Shown piece after piece: positions 17,347 to 26,954 of a stretch of DNA of 64,000 nucleotides. The notes beneath the pieces are model-generated. The model searched no databases. It worked only from the letters and a program-made list of their open reading frames with translations, and was not told where the DNA came from. Source of the stretch: a virus; IMG/VR virus record IMGVR_UViG_3300042261_000868, positions 1 through 64,000 of that record; one strand, written 5' to 3'. The first letter of the stretch is position 1. Each line of letters begins with the position of its first letter. Both the position numbers and the translations under genes were made by a program.

Positions 17347-19716
17347 ATGATGTCCATTAAAGTTTTAAGAGAATATACGAGATATGCCAAGTATGCGAAG
17401 TACAACAAAGAAGCAAAAAGAAGAGAAACATGGGAAGAACAAGTAAACCGTGTTTTTGGAATGCACGAAGAAAAATTTAAAGATAAAATTTCTACTTTTA
17501 AAGAAGAGTTTGATTTTGCAAAAGAAATGGTAAATAAAAAGCTTATCTTAGGTTCACAAAGAGCTTTACAGTTTGGTGGAATTGCCATTCTTAGTAAAGA
17601 AGCCAGAATGTATAACTGCACGGTTAGTTACTGTGACCGCCCTAGATTCTTTCAAGAGGCAATGTGGTTATTACTTTGTGGTTGTGGTGTTGGGTTCAGT
17701 GTGCAAACACATCATATTGCAAAGTTGCCAAAATTAGCTCCATTAACTGGAAAAACAGTTACATTTAAAGTACCTGATACCATTGAGGGTTGGAGTGATG
17801 CTATTGGTATCTTAATAAACTCCTATTTCGGAAAAGAAGGTATTTTCGAGGACTACAGAAGCAAGAGAGTGGAGTTTGATTTTTCTGAGATTCGTCCAGC
17901 GGGTGCTCCTCTCTCATGGGGTGGTAAAGCCCCAGGTCCAGATGGACTCAAGAGTTCGCTTGAAAAGATACGTTCAGTTCTAGAAACCGCTTTAAATAAT
18001 AAACAAGAATATCTAAGACCAATTGATGCCTACGATGTTATTATGCATGCATCTGATGCCGTTCTTTCTGGTGGTATCCGCCGTAGTGCAACTATTTGTC
18101 TTTTCAGTGTTGATGACACCGAAATGATTAATGCTAAAACTGGTGATTGGTTTATTAAGAACCCACAGCGCGGTCGCTCAAATAACTCTGCCATTTTAAT
18201 TAGAAATAAGACATCTAGAGAACAGTTTGGTACTCTTATGAAAAGTGTTAAAGAGTTTGGTGAACCAGGGTTCGTATGGGTCGATGATACTGAGGCACTC
18301 TATAATCCTTGTGTTGAAATCGGAATGAGAGCCTATGATGAACAAGGTAATACTGGTTGGCAATTCTGCAACCTTTGTGAAATTAATATGAAGAAATGTA
18401 AGACAGAGAAAGACTTCCTCCTTGCTTGCAAGGGTGCCGCTATCCTTGGAACACTTCAAGCCGCATATGATAACTTCCCATATTTGGGAGAAGTAACCAA
18501 CCGTATCGTTAAGAGAGAAGCCCTTTTGGGTGTCTCAATGACAGGTATGATGGATAGCCCAGAAATCGCATTTGATCCAGAGATTCAAAAGAAGGGGGCT
18601 AAAGAGGTACTTCGTGTCAATGCTGAGTTTGCACCAAAGGTCGGCATAAATGTTTGTGCTAGAGCAACTTGTGTCAAACCCGCTGGATCTACTTCGTGCT
18701 TACTTGGTACTGCTTCTGGTATCCACCCACATCATGCTCGTCGCTACTTCCGTAGAGTCCAATCAAATGTTATGGAATATCCTTTGCAATACTTTGAAGC
18801 TCACAATCCTCGTGCCGTTGAAAAGTCAGTCTGGTCTAATACTGGTACTGACAAGGTTATTACCTTCCTTTGCGAAGTTCCAGAAGGGGCTAGAACGAAG
18901 AATCAACTTGTGGCTACCGAGTTACTTGAACATGTTAAGTTAACCCAGCAAAATTGGGTTGAGTATGGTACTCGTAAAGATGTTTGTGTTGCTCCTTGGT
19001 TAAGACACAATGTGTCAAATACCATTACAGTATTACCCGAGGAATGGGATGGGGTAGAAAATTTTATCTATGACAACCGTAAATGGTTTGCTGGTATCTC
19101 ATTGCTCCCTGCTTCTGGTGACTTAGATTATCCTCAAGCTCCTTTCTGCAAGGTTCTTGATTACAAGGAAATCGTAGCAGAGTATGGAGAAGGTGCTTTG
19201 TTTGCTTCTGGTTTGATTGTAGATGGTCAACGTGCTTTCAATGATAACTTATGGGCTGCTTGTGATTGTGCCTTGGGAATAGGCGAAAAACTCGAACTAC
19301 CGCCTAAGCCAGAGGAACCAGCAATGCCAGTTAAGAATGGATATACCGATAAAGTATTCGCTGAGAAACTTAAAGTTTATACCGAAGCATTGAACAAGTA
19401 CCTTGTTGATAAAGAGAACCACGAAATTATCTCTTTAAAGTTGGATTGGAACAGAAGGTTTACTCAATTTGCTGATAGGTATGTTGAAGGTAATAAACGT
19501 AAATGCAGTCACCTTCTCAAGTATGTATCCCTTTGGAAACAGTGGATTGATTTAAAGAGGGAATATGTAGATGTTGATTGGTCATTGGCTTTAGAAGAAG
19601 AACACGAAATTGATGTCTCCACCATTGGCGGGGAGGCATGTGCTGGTGGGAAATGCGACATAGGCGATCTAGGCAAGAAGATTGAAGAGACTAAACAAGT
19701 TAAAAGAGAAGCTTAA
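17347..19716 (+). CDS. nrdJ: Class II (adenosylcobalamin) ribonucleotide reductase, monomeric RTPR type
   Basis: RRETWEE, SQRALQFGG, YNC, GCGVGFSV, GGIRRSA, NPCVE, CNLCE, KPAGSTS, C-terminal ACAGGKC; no R2 gene adjacent. Confidence 0.88.
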   Translation: MMSIKVLREYTRYAKYAKYNKEAKRRETWEEQVNRVFGMHEEKFKDKISTFKEEFDFAKEMVNKKLILGSQRALQFGGIAILSKEARMYNCTVSYCDRPRFFQEAMWLLLCGCGVGFSVQTHHIAKLPKLAPLTGKTVTFKVPDTIEGWSDAIGILINSYFGKEGIFEDYRSKRVEFDFSEIRPAGAPLSWGGKAPGPDGLKSSLEKIRSVLETALNNKQEYLRPIDAYDVIMHASDAVLSGGIRRSATICLFSVDDTEMINAKTGDWFIKNPQRGRSNNSAILIRNKTSREQFGTLMKSVKEFGEPGFVWVDDTEALYNPCVEIGMRAYDEQGNTGWQFCNLCEINMKKCKTEKDFLLACKGAAILGTLQAAYDNFPYLGEVTNRIVKREALLGVSMTGMMDSPEIAFDPEIQKKGAKEVLRVNAEFAPKVGINVCARATCVKPAGSTSCLLGTASGIHPHHARRYFRRVQSNVMEYPLQYFEAHNPRAVEKSVWSNTGTDKVITFLCEVPEGARTKNQLVATELLEHVKLTQQNWVEYGTRKDVCVAPWLRHNVSNTITVLPEEWDGVENFIYDNRKWFAGISLLPASGDLDYPQAPFCKVLDYKEIVAEYGEGALFASGLIVDGQRAFNDNLWAACDCALGIGEKLELPPKPEEPAMPVKNGYTDKVFAEKLKVYTEALNKYLVDKENHEIISLKLDWNRRFTQFADRYVEGNKRKCSHLLKYVSLWKQWIDLKREYVDVDWSLALEEEHEIDVSTIGGEACAGGKCDIGDLGKKIEETKQVKREA

Positions 19717-19756
19717 AAAAAATAATTTGTGATAAAATACATAAAAGGAGTTTAAA

Positions 19757-20020
19757 ATGAATATTAATGATTTACAAAATGTGATTGCTCTTGCCCGTAA
19801 GGGTCTTTCAGTGGTTGCAGCAAATCTCTCATCCCAAGAGGGAGCTTCCGCATTCAATTCCATTGGAGAAGTTGAAAAATTCGTCAGTGGACTTATTGAG
19901 CAACAGAATAAACAAATGGAAGCCCAAAAGCAACTGGAAGCCCAAAAGCAACTGGAAGCCCAAAAGCAACTTGAAGCTCAGCCTAATGTTGAGGTAATTC
20001 AAGTTAATCAACAGCCCTAA
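19757..20020 (+). CDS. Small coiled-coil protein with EAQKQL repeats
   Basis: AAGGAG RBS; internal tandem repeat. Confidence 0.7.
   Translation: MNINDLQNVIALARKGLSVVAANLSSQEGASAFNSIGEVEKFVSGLIEQQNKQMEAQKQLEAQKQLEAQKQLEAQPNVEVIQVNQQP
19919..19980 (+). repeat. 18-bp tandem repeat, about 3.4 copies (gaagcccaaaagcaactg)
   Basis: Directly visible; encodes (EAQKQL)n. Confidence 0.95.
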
Positions 20021-20027
20021 TGTGATA

Positions 20028-20894
20028 ATGAGTAAGCCAATTTCATCTGAGACATCTATTAGCGATTTTTATAAAATAAAGATAACTGATAAATGCTCTG
20101 GTAAGTATAGATTAACCGATAAGGAAGCAACGAGGTTTGGCTACAGCCAAACCTTTTTGCAGAATTTGAAGGGTGTTATACTTATGCCCAATAGCCCAAA
20201 TAACGATGCTGCGGTTAATAATATGTTAGTCGGCAAATATGATACCGACTTGGTTTTCACACATCCAGGTCAAGGTGGGGCTTTTGGTGATTCGTTTGGA
20301 TGGATTTCTTTCATTTGTAGACTTTCAGAAGCATCTGGGAAAAGAATAAAAGTAGCTAGGTTACATTCAAAGGCAATTCTTCTAGGTAAAGAGTTATTAA
20401 ACACAACTGGTGTCTTTGAAGAGGTTAATACCGACAAGGTTTTCCGTTTACCAGGCGGAACCAAGGGAGGCTATAGAGAGGTTTATTCTACTTTATTCCT
20501 ACCAGCAAAGACACAATGGGTATTCAATGAAAGCAAAGTTGTTGCTGTTCAGTTTGGTAAAAGAGGATTAGCAGATAGAAGAATCCAAGATCCTAAAGAC
20601 GAGGAAAGAATCATCAAGGCACTTGAAGACAAAGGATATACTGTTAAGCAAATTGGTGGTCACTTATCAAACATTGAATGTATGGAATTGGCTGCCTCTT
20701 GTCAGTTTTTCGTGGGTACTTGTAGTGGTATGTCTCATCTTTGTCATTCGGTAGGAACTCCCGTACATATGCTAACTAACAACCGAAGTCTTGAGAGAGT
20801 TTCTGCTGGTCATGTAAAAAATGTCCGATCCCCATATCCAACCATATTCTGGCAAACCCCAAAGGATTTTATTGAATATGTCAAATCACTCTAA
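20028..20894 (+). CDS. GT9 (heptosyltransferase-like, GT-B) glycosyltransferase
   Basis: GAFGDS near the domain start; FFVGTCSGMSHLCHSVGTP resembles the GT9 DSGxxHLA motif. Confidence 0.65.
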   Translation: MSKPISSETSISDFYKIKITDKCSGKYRLTDKEATRFGYSQTFLQNLKGVILMPNSPNNDAAVNNMLVGKYDTDLVFTHPGQGGAFGDSFGWISFICRLSEASGKRIKVARLHSKAILLGKELLNTTGVFEEVNTDKVFRLPGGTKGGYREVYSTLFLPAKTQWVFNESKVVAVQFGKRGLADRRIQDPKDEERIIKALEDKGYTVKQIGGHLSNIECMELAASCQFFVGTCSGMSHLCHSVGTPVHMLTNNRSLERVSAGHVKNVRSPYPTIFWQTPKDFIEYVKSL

Positions 20895-21723
20895 CACAGA
20901 CGCAATTAGTTTAGTGGTTTTTTGTGTTGACAAGAAAAATCCCAATGCTCAATATGCATATCTTAAATCACTTGAAGACAGTATTGATGTTGTTTCACGA
21001 AGCCTAAAATCACAAATAGATATTCATCAACTTTTTAAGATACCAAATTTAGTTATATTAACCAATTTTGATTTTACATATAAAGGTATAACTGCTATAA
21101 ACATGCCACATGCGGTTTGTGAAAAAAACTTCTTTGGTAACAAATATACCCTTCCGTTCCAATACATCAAAGAAAAAAACATAAATCAAGATATATGGTT
21201 ACATGATTTTGATTGTTTCCCTCAATCAAATTTTCCATTTCCTCAAATAACAAAAGAACAAATTGGGGGTGTATTAACCAAACCCAATTACATTAACAGC
21301 GGAAGTCTTTTTATTAAAAAAGAAGACTTAGATTTCTTTACTTATTTTAAGCAAATATATGACATCACACCTTATCATAAAATGGACGAATATCTCCTAA
21401 ATGATCTCATATATAGAAAACAAATCATAATTGATAAATACTGCAACAAACACTTAACAGATATATTTAAAAGATTTAATAAGGGAATTTGTAGCTTGAA
21501 TAGTACCTATAATTATTCAAATTCTATGGCTAAAAGAGTTAGAAAACTCGATTTCACACCTCTAGCAATACACTTCCATCCAGAGAAACCAGAACAACAT
21601 CGATGCTTTGAAGGAAAAAATATAATTAAAGAAGAGTTAAACAAAATATTCCTTGAGCATTGTCCGATTGAATACCGTAATAGGAACTTAGAGCTTTATA
21701 ATAAATGGAGACATCCGAAATGA
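20878..21723 (+). CDS. GT-A nucleotide-diphospho-sugar transferase-like protein
   Basis: WLHDFDCF DxD motif, INSGSLF, DEY, LNSTYNY, AIHFHP. Confidence 0.6.
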   Translation: MSNHSNTDAISLVVFCVDKKNPNAQYAYLKSLEDSIDVVSRSLKSQIDIHQLFKIPNLVILTNFDFTYKGITAINMPHAVCEKNFFGNKYTLPFQYIKEKNINQDIWLHDFDCFPQSNFPFPQITKEQIGGVLTKPNYINSGSLFIKKEDLDFFTYFKQIYDITPYHKMDEYLLNDLIYRKQIIIDKYCNKHLTDIFKRFNKGICSLNSTYNYSNSMAKRVRKLDFTPLAIHFHPEKPEQHRCFEGKNIIKEELNKIFLEHCPIEYRNRNLELYNKWRHPK

Positions 21724-22469
21724 TTAAAAGAAAACCACCAACCCAAGTACCAGAATCATCAGAACCAATGGATTATGGTTTCCTTAAGAACACCGAATTA
21801 ACTGATTTCTTTAAGCAGAATCTACATAAAATTACATCAACCAAATATCTTGAAGATATTATTAAATTTAAAGTAGGGTTTGACCTTAGTAGAAAAGTAG
21901 TTAAGTTTTCCCCCGAATTGAAAACGGGTGGATTATGTGCTAACCAAGTTCCAAACGAGATTGCTGGCTTTCTTTTCCATATCCTCACTAACCACTACAG
22001 GATTGATCGTTATATGGAAGTTGGAGTCAACATGGGCGGAACCTTTTATTTAATTGATTCCTTCCTAAGAGCAATAAACCCAAACTATGCTGGTGCGGTT
22101 GCTGTTGATAAAAAGAATGTTCTATTGGATTCTGATAATTACTTTAAAAAATATCCAACCACCAAGATACTTATTGGTGATTCAAAAAGAATGATTATCC
22201 CAGAAAAATTTGACTTGATTTTTATAGATGGCGACCACACCTATCTTGGTGCTAAGGCTGACTATTTAAATTTCAAATCTTGTTCAGATTTTATGGCATT
22301 TCACGATGTTGAAATACTCCATAGATCAACTAATGTTAAGAAGTTATGGGAAGAGATTAAGAAAGAGTATCCTAACAATACCATGGAGTTCTTTAATAAA
22401 TCCTCCGAATTTCAAACAACTTTAGGCATAGGAGTCTTAATAAAGACCAAACCTAAAGTAATGGCTTGA
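21720..22469 (+). CDS. Class I SAM methyltransferase (Methyltransf_24-like)
   Basis: Start 21720 (ATGA overlap); MEVGVNMGGT, DLIFIDGDHTY, AFHDV, VKKLWEE, GIGV. Confidence 0.82.
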   Translation: MIKRKPPTQVPESSEPMDYGFLKNTELTDFFKQNLHKITSTKYLEDIIKFKVGFDLSRKVVKFSPELKTGGLCANQVPNEIAGFLFHILTNHYRIDRYMEVGVNMGGTFYLIDSFLRAINPNYAGAVAVDKKNVLLDSDNYFKKYPTTKILIGDSKRMIIPEKFDLIFIDGDHTYLGAKADYLNFKSCSDFMAFHDVEILHRSTNVKKLWEEIKKEYPNNTMEFFNKSSEFQTTLGIGVLIKTKPKVMA

Positions 22470-22492
22470 CATTTAAGAATAATAAATATAAT
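22466..22492 (+). promoter_or_regulatory. sigma70-like promoter (TTGACA...TATAAT) upstream of the HNH gene
   Basis: Perfect hexamers at 22466-22471 and 22487-22492, but a short 15-bp spacer. Confidence 0.45.
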
Positions 22493-22522
22493 AGTGCCAC
22501 ACCCATAACAAAAGGGGGATAT

Positions 22523-23092
22523 GTGCGTTGCATGGTTCTAAATCAAGATTACCAACTGTTGAATATTGCCGAGTGGAATAAGGCTCTCAACCTTATTCTT
22601 GAAGGCAAGGTCACTGTTCTAGAGAAGTACGACACGAAGATTAACTCAGCAACACAAAGCTGGGAAATGCCAGCCGTTGTATGCTTGAATTACTTCGTTC
22701 ATGCTAAAAAGAAGAACAAAGTCTTTAATGCCCCAACAAAGAGGAACATCTTCATCAGAGATGAATACACATGTCAATACTGTGGTATCAAAGTTAGCTT
22801 GACCACTGGTACACTTGATCACGTTATGCCTCTTTCTCGTGGTGGTCCAAACACGGTTGGCAACATTGTTTGTGCATGTAAGAAGTGTAACAACAACAAG
22901 GCTGACATGACTGCTAAGGAGTTTGAGAACTGGCAAGACAAGCACACAGGCGACCATGGCTATCCTCTCAAGAACCTACCTCGCTCTCTCAATGAGGATG
23001 AGAAACTTAAGTGTATCTTGAAGTCTTACAAGAGTAAGGAAAGACTCACTTGGTTGAAATGTTTGAAGGAGCATGGTATTGAACTATGGTAA
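22523..23092 (+). CDS. HNH endonuclease (McrA-like)
   Basis: AGGGGG RBS then GTG 22523; VLNQDY, RDEYTCQYCG, TLDHVMPLSRGG, NIVCACKKCNNNK. Confidence 0.9.
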   Translation: MRCMVLNQDYQLLNIAEWNKALNLILEGKVTVLEKYDTKINSATQSWEMPAVVCLNYFVHAKKKNKVFNAPTKRNIFIRDEYTCQYCGIKVSLTTGTLDHVMPLSRGGPNTVGNIVCACKKCNNNKADMTAKEFENWQDKHTGDHGYPLKNLPRSLNEDEKLKCILKSYKSKERLTWLKCLKEHGIELW

Positions 23093-23346
23093 AATATCAT
23101 AAGGTGAAACTCGTACCCTTGAACGAGAGAGCTACCAAGATAGTTAACTACTATCAAAATAGCCTTCTCATTCAAGAGTATGATGTTTTAGGAAAACCAT
23201 TATCTATTGCCCCTAACGGAAAACAAGGCATATATTGTGTCTCTCCAGATTTTTCTTGGAGGGGTTGGTTTGTTTTGGATGATGATGTTCGATTTAGCCT
23301 TGAACAAAACCAACTTGATGATATAATTGCTAAAGTGAAGGGATAA
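23086..23346 (+). CDS. Hypothetical protein
   Basis: Tightly packed ORF in an operon. Confidence 0.6.
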   Translation: MVKYHKVKLVPLNERATKIVNYYQNSLLIQEYDVLGKPLSIAPNGKQGIYCVSPDFSWRGWFVLDDDVRFSLEQNQLDDIIAKVKG

Positions 23347-23347
23347 A

Positions 23348-23599
23348 ATGAATAAAAAATTAAGAGGTTTTTTACGCCTTAAAAAAGGCATAGTTCAAAA
23401 CTTACATCCCGATTTAAAAATATTAGATGAAACCAATATTCCATTTGAGGGTTGGTTTCATCTAGATCAGAAATTTTTCTATATAAATTATGGATACGAC
23501 AATCTTGAGAAAGGGGTAATAACCCAAACCGTAAAATTTATCGTACAAGTTATAAAAGAATATGAACAAGATTATAAAGAACTTAAAACAGGAGTTTAA
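23348..23599 (+). CDS. Hypothetical protein
   Basis: Tightly packed ORF with AAGGGA RBS. Confidence 0.6.
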   Translation: MNKKLRGFLRLKKGIVQNLHPDLKILDETNIPFEGWFHLDQKFFYINYGYDNLEKGVITQTVKFIVQVIKEYEQDYKELKTGV

Positions 23600-23601
23600 C
23601 A

Positions 23602-23859
23602 ATGATTCTATATTGTGATGATGAAAAAGAAATTTATATAGGTGTTTGTGGGATTGATACTGATGAGTCAAAAATAATCAAAAAAGTATCAAAAATTTTA
23701 GGAATTGATTTTGAAAAATCAGCGGTTGTTCCAGATGAAATTGAACCTCATATGATTCTTGATTTTGAAATGGATACAATTGTGGTTCAATATAATGACT
23801 ATAATGAGGATTTTGCTGAACTCTCTGAGAAGGGTATTGCAATTTATATTATCCCATGA
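23602..23859 (+). CDS. Acidic hypothetical protein
   Basis: AGGAG RBS; ATGA overlap with the next gene. Confidence 0.65.
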   Translation: MILYCDDEKEIYIGVCGIDTDESKIIKKVSKILGIDFEKSAVVPDEIEPHMILDFEMDTIVVQYNDYNEDFAELSEKGIAIYIIP

Positions 23860-24650
23860 CTGTTGTAAAACCAGAGGAAAAGGATAAAGACCTATGGATT
23901 AGTCATAGCTCCATGGAGTCTATGGAACAATGTCTTCTAAAATGGTACTTGCGATATATTGAGAAGAATAAGCCAGTTGTAGATAGTTTTGATGCCCTTC
24001 TAGGAGACATAACCCACAAGACCATCCAAGCTTATGAAGGGGTTAACTCAAAGTCGCTTAATGAAACTTTTAAGAAAGCACTTGCAGAAGCTAACCCCAA
24101 ATCGGAGTTTTTAGATCAATATAAACCAAGACTCGCCAAGGCACTTAGAAACTTCGCCAAGTTTTGGAATGACCGCCTTAAGAATGTTGGATTAACCAAA
24201 AACGAAAAGGAAAGAAAATTCTTCCTTCCCGCTCCAGTTGAGGGATTCAAAATAATCGGTATTATGGATATCTACTTTAAAAGAAACGATATCATTACCC
24301 TTTTAGATTGGAAGACCAGTAAGAAAGTTTCGGATCATACCGAACAGCTTGCTTTTTATTTCTTAATCCTTAAGTTGACCAATGAAATCCCTGAAGATGT
24401 AAATACTTTCGATGCTGAAATTGTCTATCTTTCATTAGTAGATGACAAAGATGATTATGTCACTGTCAAGTACCATCTTGATGAAAAAGACCTTGATGCA
24501 GCCTGTTATAGACTTGAATCTTATATTAGGCGAATCCAACAAAAAGGTGTTTTAAAAGAGAATTACCCAAAGAAACCTGGACCTCTCTGCCCTTGGTGCG
24601 ATTACTATAAAGCTGGTATTTGCAACGGAAAAGAAGACTTGCAATCTTGA
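23856..24650 (+). CDS. PD-(D/E)XK nuclease, Cas4/AddB-like with probable Fe-S cluster
   Basis: ISHSS...QC..KW, G...H, E...GIMD...LDWKT, QLAFY, C-terminal CPWC...C. Confidence 0.85.
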   Translation: MTVVKPEEKDKDLWISHSSMESMEQCLLKWYLRYIEKNKPVVDSFDALLGDITHKTIQAYEGVNSKSLNETFKKALAEANPKSEFLDQYKPRLAKALRNFAKFWNDRLKNVGLTKNEKERKFFLPAPVEGFKIIGIMDIYFKRNDIITLLDWKTSKKVSDHTEQLAFYFLILKLTNEIPEDVNTFDAEIVYLSLVDDKDDYVTVKYHLDEKDLDAACYRLESYIRRIQQKGVLKENYPKKPGPLCPWCDYYKAGICNGKEDLQS

Positions 24651-24666
24651 ATTTTTGGGTTATAAT
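24639..24666 (+). promoter_or_regulatory. sigma70-type promoter (TTGCAA-16-TATAAT) for ligA
   Basis: TTGCAA 24639-24644, TATAAT 24661-24666, then AAGGA RBS. Confidence 0.55.
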
Positions 24667-24683
24667 TCCGCAAAGGATTCTAT

Positions 24684-26618
24684 ATGTCCCCAGCCATTCA
24701 AAGACTTATTAAGCAACTCCAAGATGCCGATAGTGCCTACTATAATGATGGTAGTTCAACCTTAACCGATAAGGAATATGATCGCCTCAAGGATCTTTTA
24801 AGAAACCTTGATCCCGATAATGCTTATCTTAAAGAAGTTGCTCACGAAAACCTAACTGTAACTGAATGGGAGAAGGTTAAACACAAGTATCCTCTAGGTA
24901 GCTTAAATAAGTGTAACGAGGAAGATGAGCTTCGTAAATGGTTGGGGGACACACTAGTTGTCGGTCAAGAGAAACTTGATGGTCTTTCCATCGCCTTAAC
25001 TTATCTTAACGGAAATATCTCAAGTGCTGTAACCCGTGGTGATGGCGAAGTTGGTGATAATATCCTTCAAAATGTTGTGAAGATGAAAGGTGTCCCGAGG
25101 CAAATTAAGTTTCAAAAGCCACTTGTGGTCCGTGCTGAAATTCTTTTAAAGCATTCCGAATGGTTTAAGATGCCAGTTGAGGATCGTGGTAAGAATCCTA
25201 GAAATACTGCTGCTGGTGCTGCTAAGGAACTTAATGGTTCCAAGTGCAAGTATTTGAGTGTGGTTGCTTATAGCATTCTCAATAGCGAAAGCGATAGTGA
25301 AATTGTTGACCTTGAGCTACTAGAGAAACTTGGGTTTGAGGTTGTCCCATATTTCATTCCAGTGAATATATATGCTTTAGTTACTCAGTATCATGTGTAT
25401 AATGTAACTTCTCGTAATAAGCTTGATTATGACATTGATGGTCTTGTTATTAAATCAATTGAAAAGGATTCTTCTGATGATTGGAAGTATCCCAAGTCCC
25501 AAATTGCTTGGAAGTTTCCTCACCAGACCACTGAAACCATTTTACGGGATGTTGTTTGGCAAGTTAGTGGCGACCGTGTAACTCCAGTTGCGGTATTTGA
25601 TCCCGTTGACTTGGCTGGTGTTACTATCAGTAGAGCAAGCCTCCATAACATGGAATACATCAAGCGACTTAATGTTCGCATTGGTGATAAGATTGAGATA
25701 ACTCGCCGTAACGATGTCATTCCTCAAGTTGAGAGAGTCCTTATCTCTAATGGCGGTAATGAAATCACCGCTCCAGAGAAATGCCCAATGTGTGGTAAAC
25801 ATGTCGCCTTTGATAAGAACATTAATGAAGATGATATGGCTTGGTTAGTATGCACCAACACTGATTGTCCAGCCAAGGTTCTCAAGAATATCATCAAGTG
25901 GCTTGAAGTCCACGATACTAAAGGTGTTGCTGAGAAGATGGTTGAGACACTTTTCAATCACAGTGTTTTCTATTCTCTTCCTGACTTCCTTCAATTGGCA
26001 GGAATCGATTCGGTAAAGGAGAAGAATATCCTTTCTATTGAAGGTATGGGCGAGGCGAAACTCCAGATCCTTCAAGAGCAAATTAAAAAGACAATAAACT
26101 GTGACCTTATAAGTTTCTTTGGGGGGCTTAATGTGTCTGGGTTTGGTCGCAGGATGTGGGAGAGGATTATTAAGTACCTCCAAATTGAGAAAGACACGGT
26201 TACTGTAAACGATGTAATTGATTTTATTTCTCTCCCATATATGAAGGGGTTGGGTCATATTGAAGGTTTTGCTGAGACAAATACCAAGGAGCTTCAAAGC
26301 TACATTAAGACTCACACAACCTATATCAATGAAATGATTAATATTGTTAAGCCCCAAGACTATAGCAAGCCATCCTTGACCTCAGAAAACCTCAAAGGCA
26401 AGTCTTTCTGCTTTACGGGGGAGTTAACCGCTATGCCCCGTAAAGAGGCCCAAGATGCCGTTCTACGCAATGGTGGAGAGATTAAGTCATCTGTAACCAA
26501 GGGTCTTACTTATCTTGTCACCAATGATCCCAACTCTGGCTCAACCAAAAATAAAAAGGCACAAGCTTTGGGGACCACAATAATTGGCGAAGTTGAGTTT
26601 TTAAAGTTAATTAAATAA
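24684..26618 (+). CDS. ligA: NAD-dependent DNA ligase
   Basis: AYY...D.EYD domain Ia, EKLDG, TRGDGEVG, NPRN, DGLVIK, AWKF, RASLHN, Zn finger CPMC...C...C, C-terminal BRCT (CFTG...SVTK). Confidence 0.95.
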   Translation: MSPAIQRLIKQLQDADSAYYNDGSSTLTDKEYDRLKDLLRNLDPDNAYLKEVAHENLTVTEWEKVKHKYPLGSLNKCNEEDELRKWLGDTLVVGQEKLDGLSIALTYLNGNISSAVTRGDGEVGDNILQNVVKMKGVPRQIKFQKPLVVRAEILLKHSEWFKMPVEDRGKNPRNTAAGAAKELNGSKCKYLSVVAYSILNSESDSEIVDLELLEKLGFEVVPYFIPVNIYALVTQYHVYNVTSRNKLDYDIDGLVIKSIEKDSSDDWKYPKSQIAWKFPHQTTETILRDVVWQVSGDRVTPVAVFDPVDLAGVTISRASLHNMEYIKRLNVRIGDKIEITRRNDVIPQVERVLISNGGNEITAPEKCPMCGKHVAFDKNINEDDMAWLVCTNTDCPAKVLKNIIKWLEVHDTKGVAEKMVETLFNHSVFYSLPDFLQLAGIDSVKEKNILSIEGMGEAKLQILQEQIKKTINCDLISFFGGLNVSGFGRRMWERIIKYLQIEKDTVTVNDVIDFISLPYMKGLGHIEGFAETNTKELQSYIKTHTTYINEMINIVKPQDYSKPSLTSENLKGKSFCFTGELTAMPRKEAQDAVLRNGGEIKSSVTKGLTYLVTNDPNSGSTKNKKAQALGTTIIGEVEFLKLIK

Positions 26619-26627
26619 TCTTGGTTA

Positions 26628-26655
26628 TTGAATTGTCAAGAGAATCTTCTATAAT
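26628..26655 (+). promoter_or_regulatory. sigma70-type promoter (TTGAAT-16-TATAAT)
   Basis: Followed by AAGGAGG RBS and ATG 26681. Confidence 0.6.
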
Positions 26656-26680
26656 ACACACATAGAAAAGGAGGAACAGT

Positions 26681-26872
26681 ATGAAAAATACCCGTTTCGT
26701 TGTTTATGGTCGTGACACTGGAGGTATGTACCTTGCACTCCGCAAGACTCGCAAGAGTGTTACCCAACCAAAGTATACTTGGTGCAAAGATCGCTCTCGT
26801 GCCGTTAGGCTTACCGCCGAAGCTGCCCGTAAGGTCGCTGCCCGTTACTATGGTTTAGTTAAGTCAATCTGA
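26681..26872 (+). CDS. Small basic protein in a stand-alone transcription unit
   Basis: Perfect AAGGAGG RBS, own promoter and terminator; Arg/Lys-rich. Confidence 0.75.
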   Translation: MKNTRFVVYGRDTGGMYLALRKTRKSVTQPKYTWCKDRSRAVRLTAEAARKVAARYYGLVKSI

Positions 26873-26893
26873 TTACTTTCGGAAACTTAAACC

Positions 26894-26927
26894 AAAAAAA
26901 GCCACCCCTAAAAAGGGTGGCTTTTTT
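26894..26927 (+). terminator. Bidirectional intrinsic terminator
   Basis: aaaaaaa-gccaccc-ctaaaaa-gggtggc-tttttt. Confidence 0.9.
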
Positions 26928-26954
26928 GTTATAATCATATATGGAGAATTTTTT

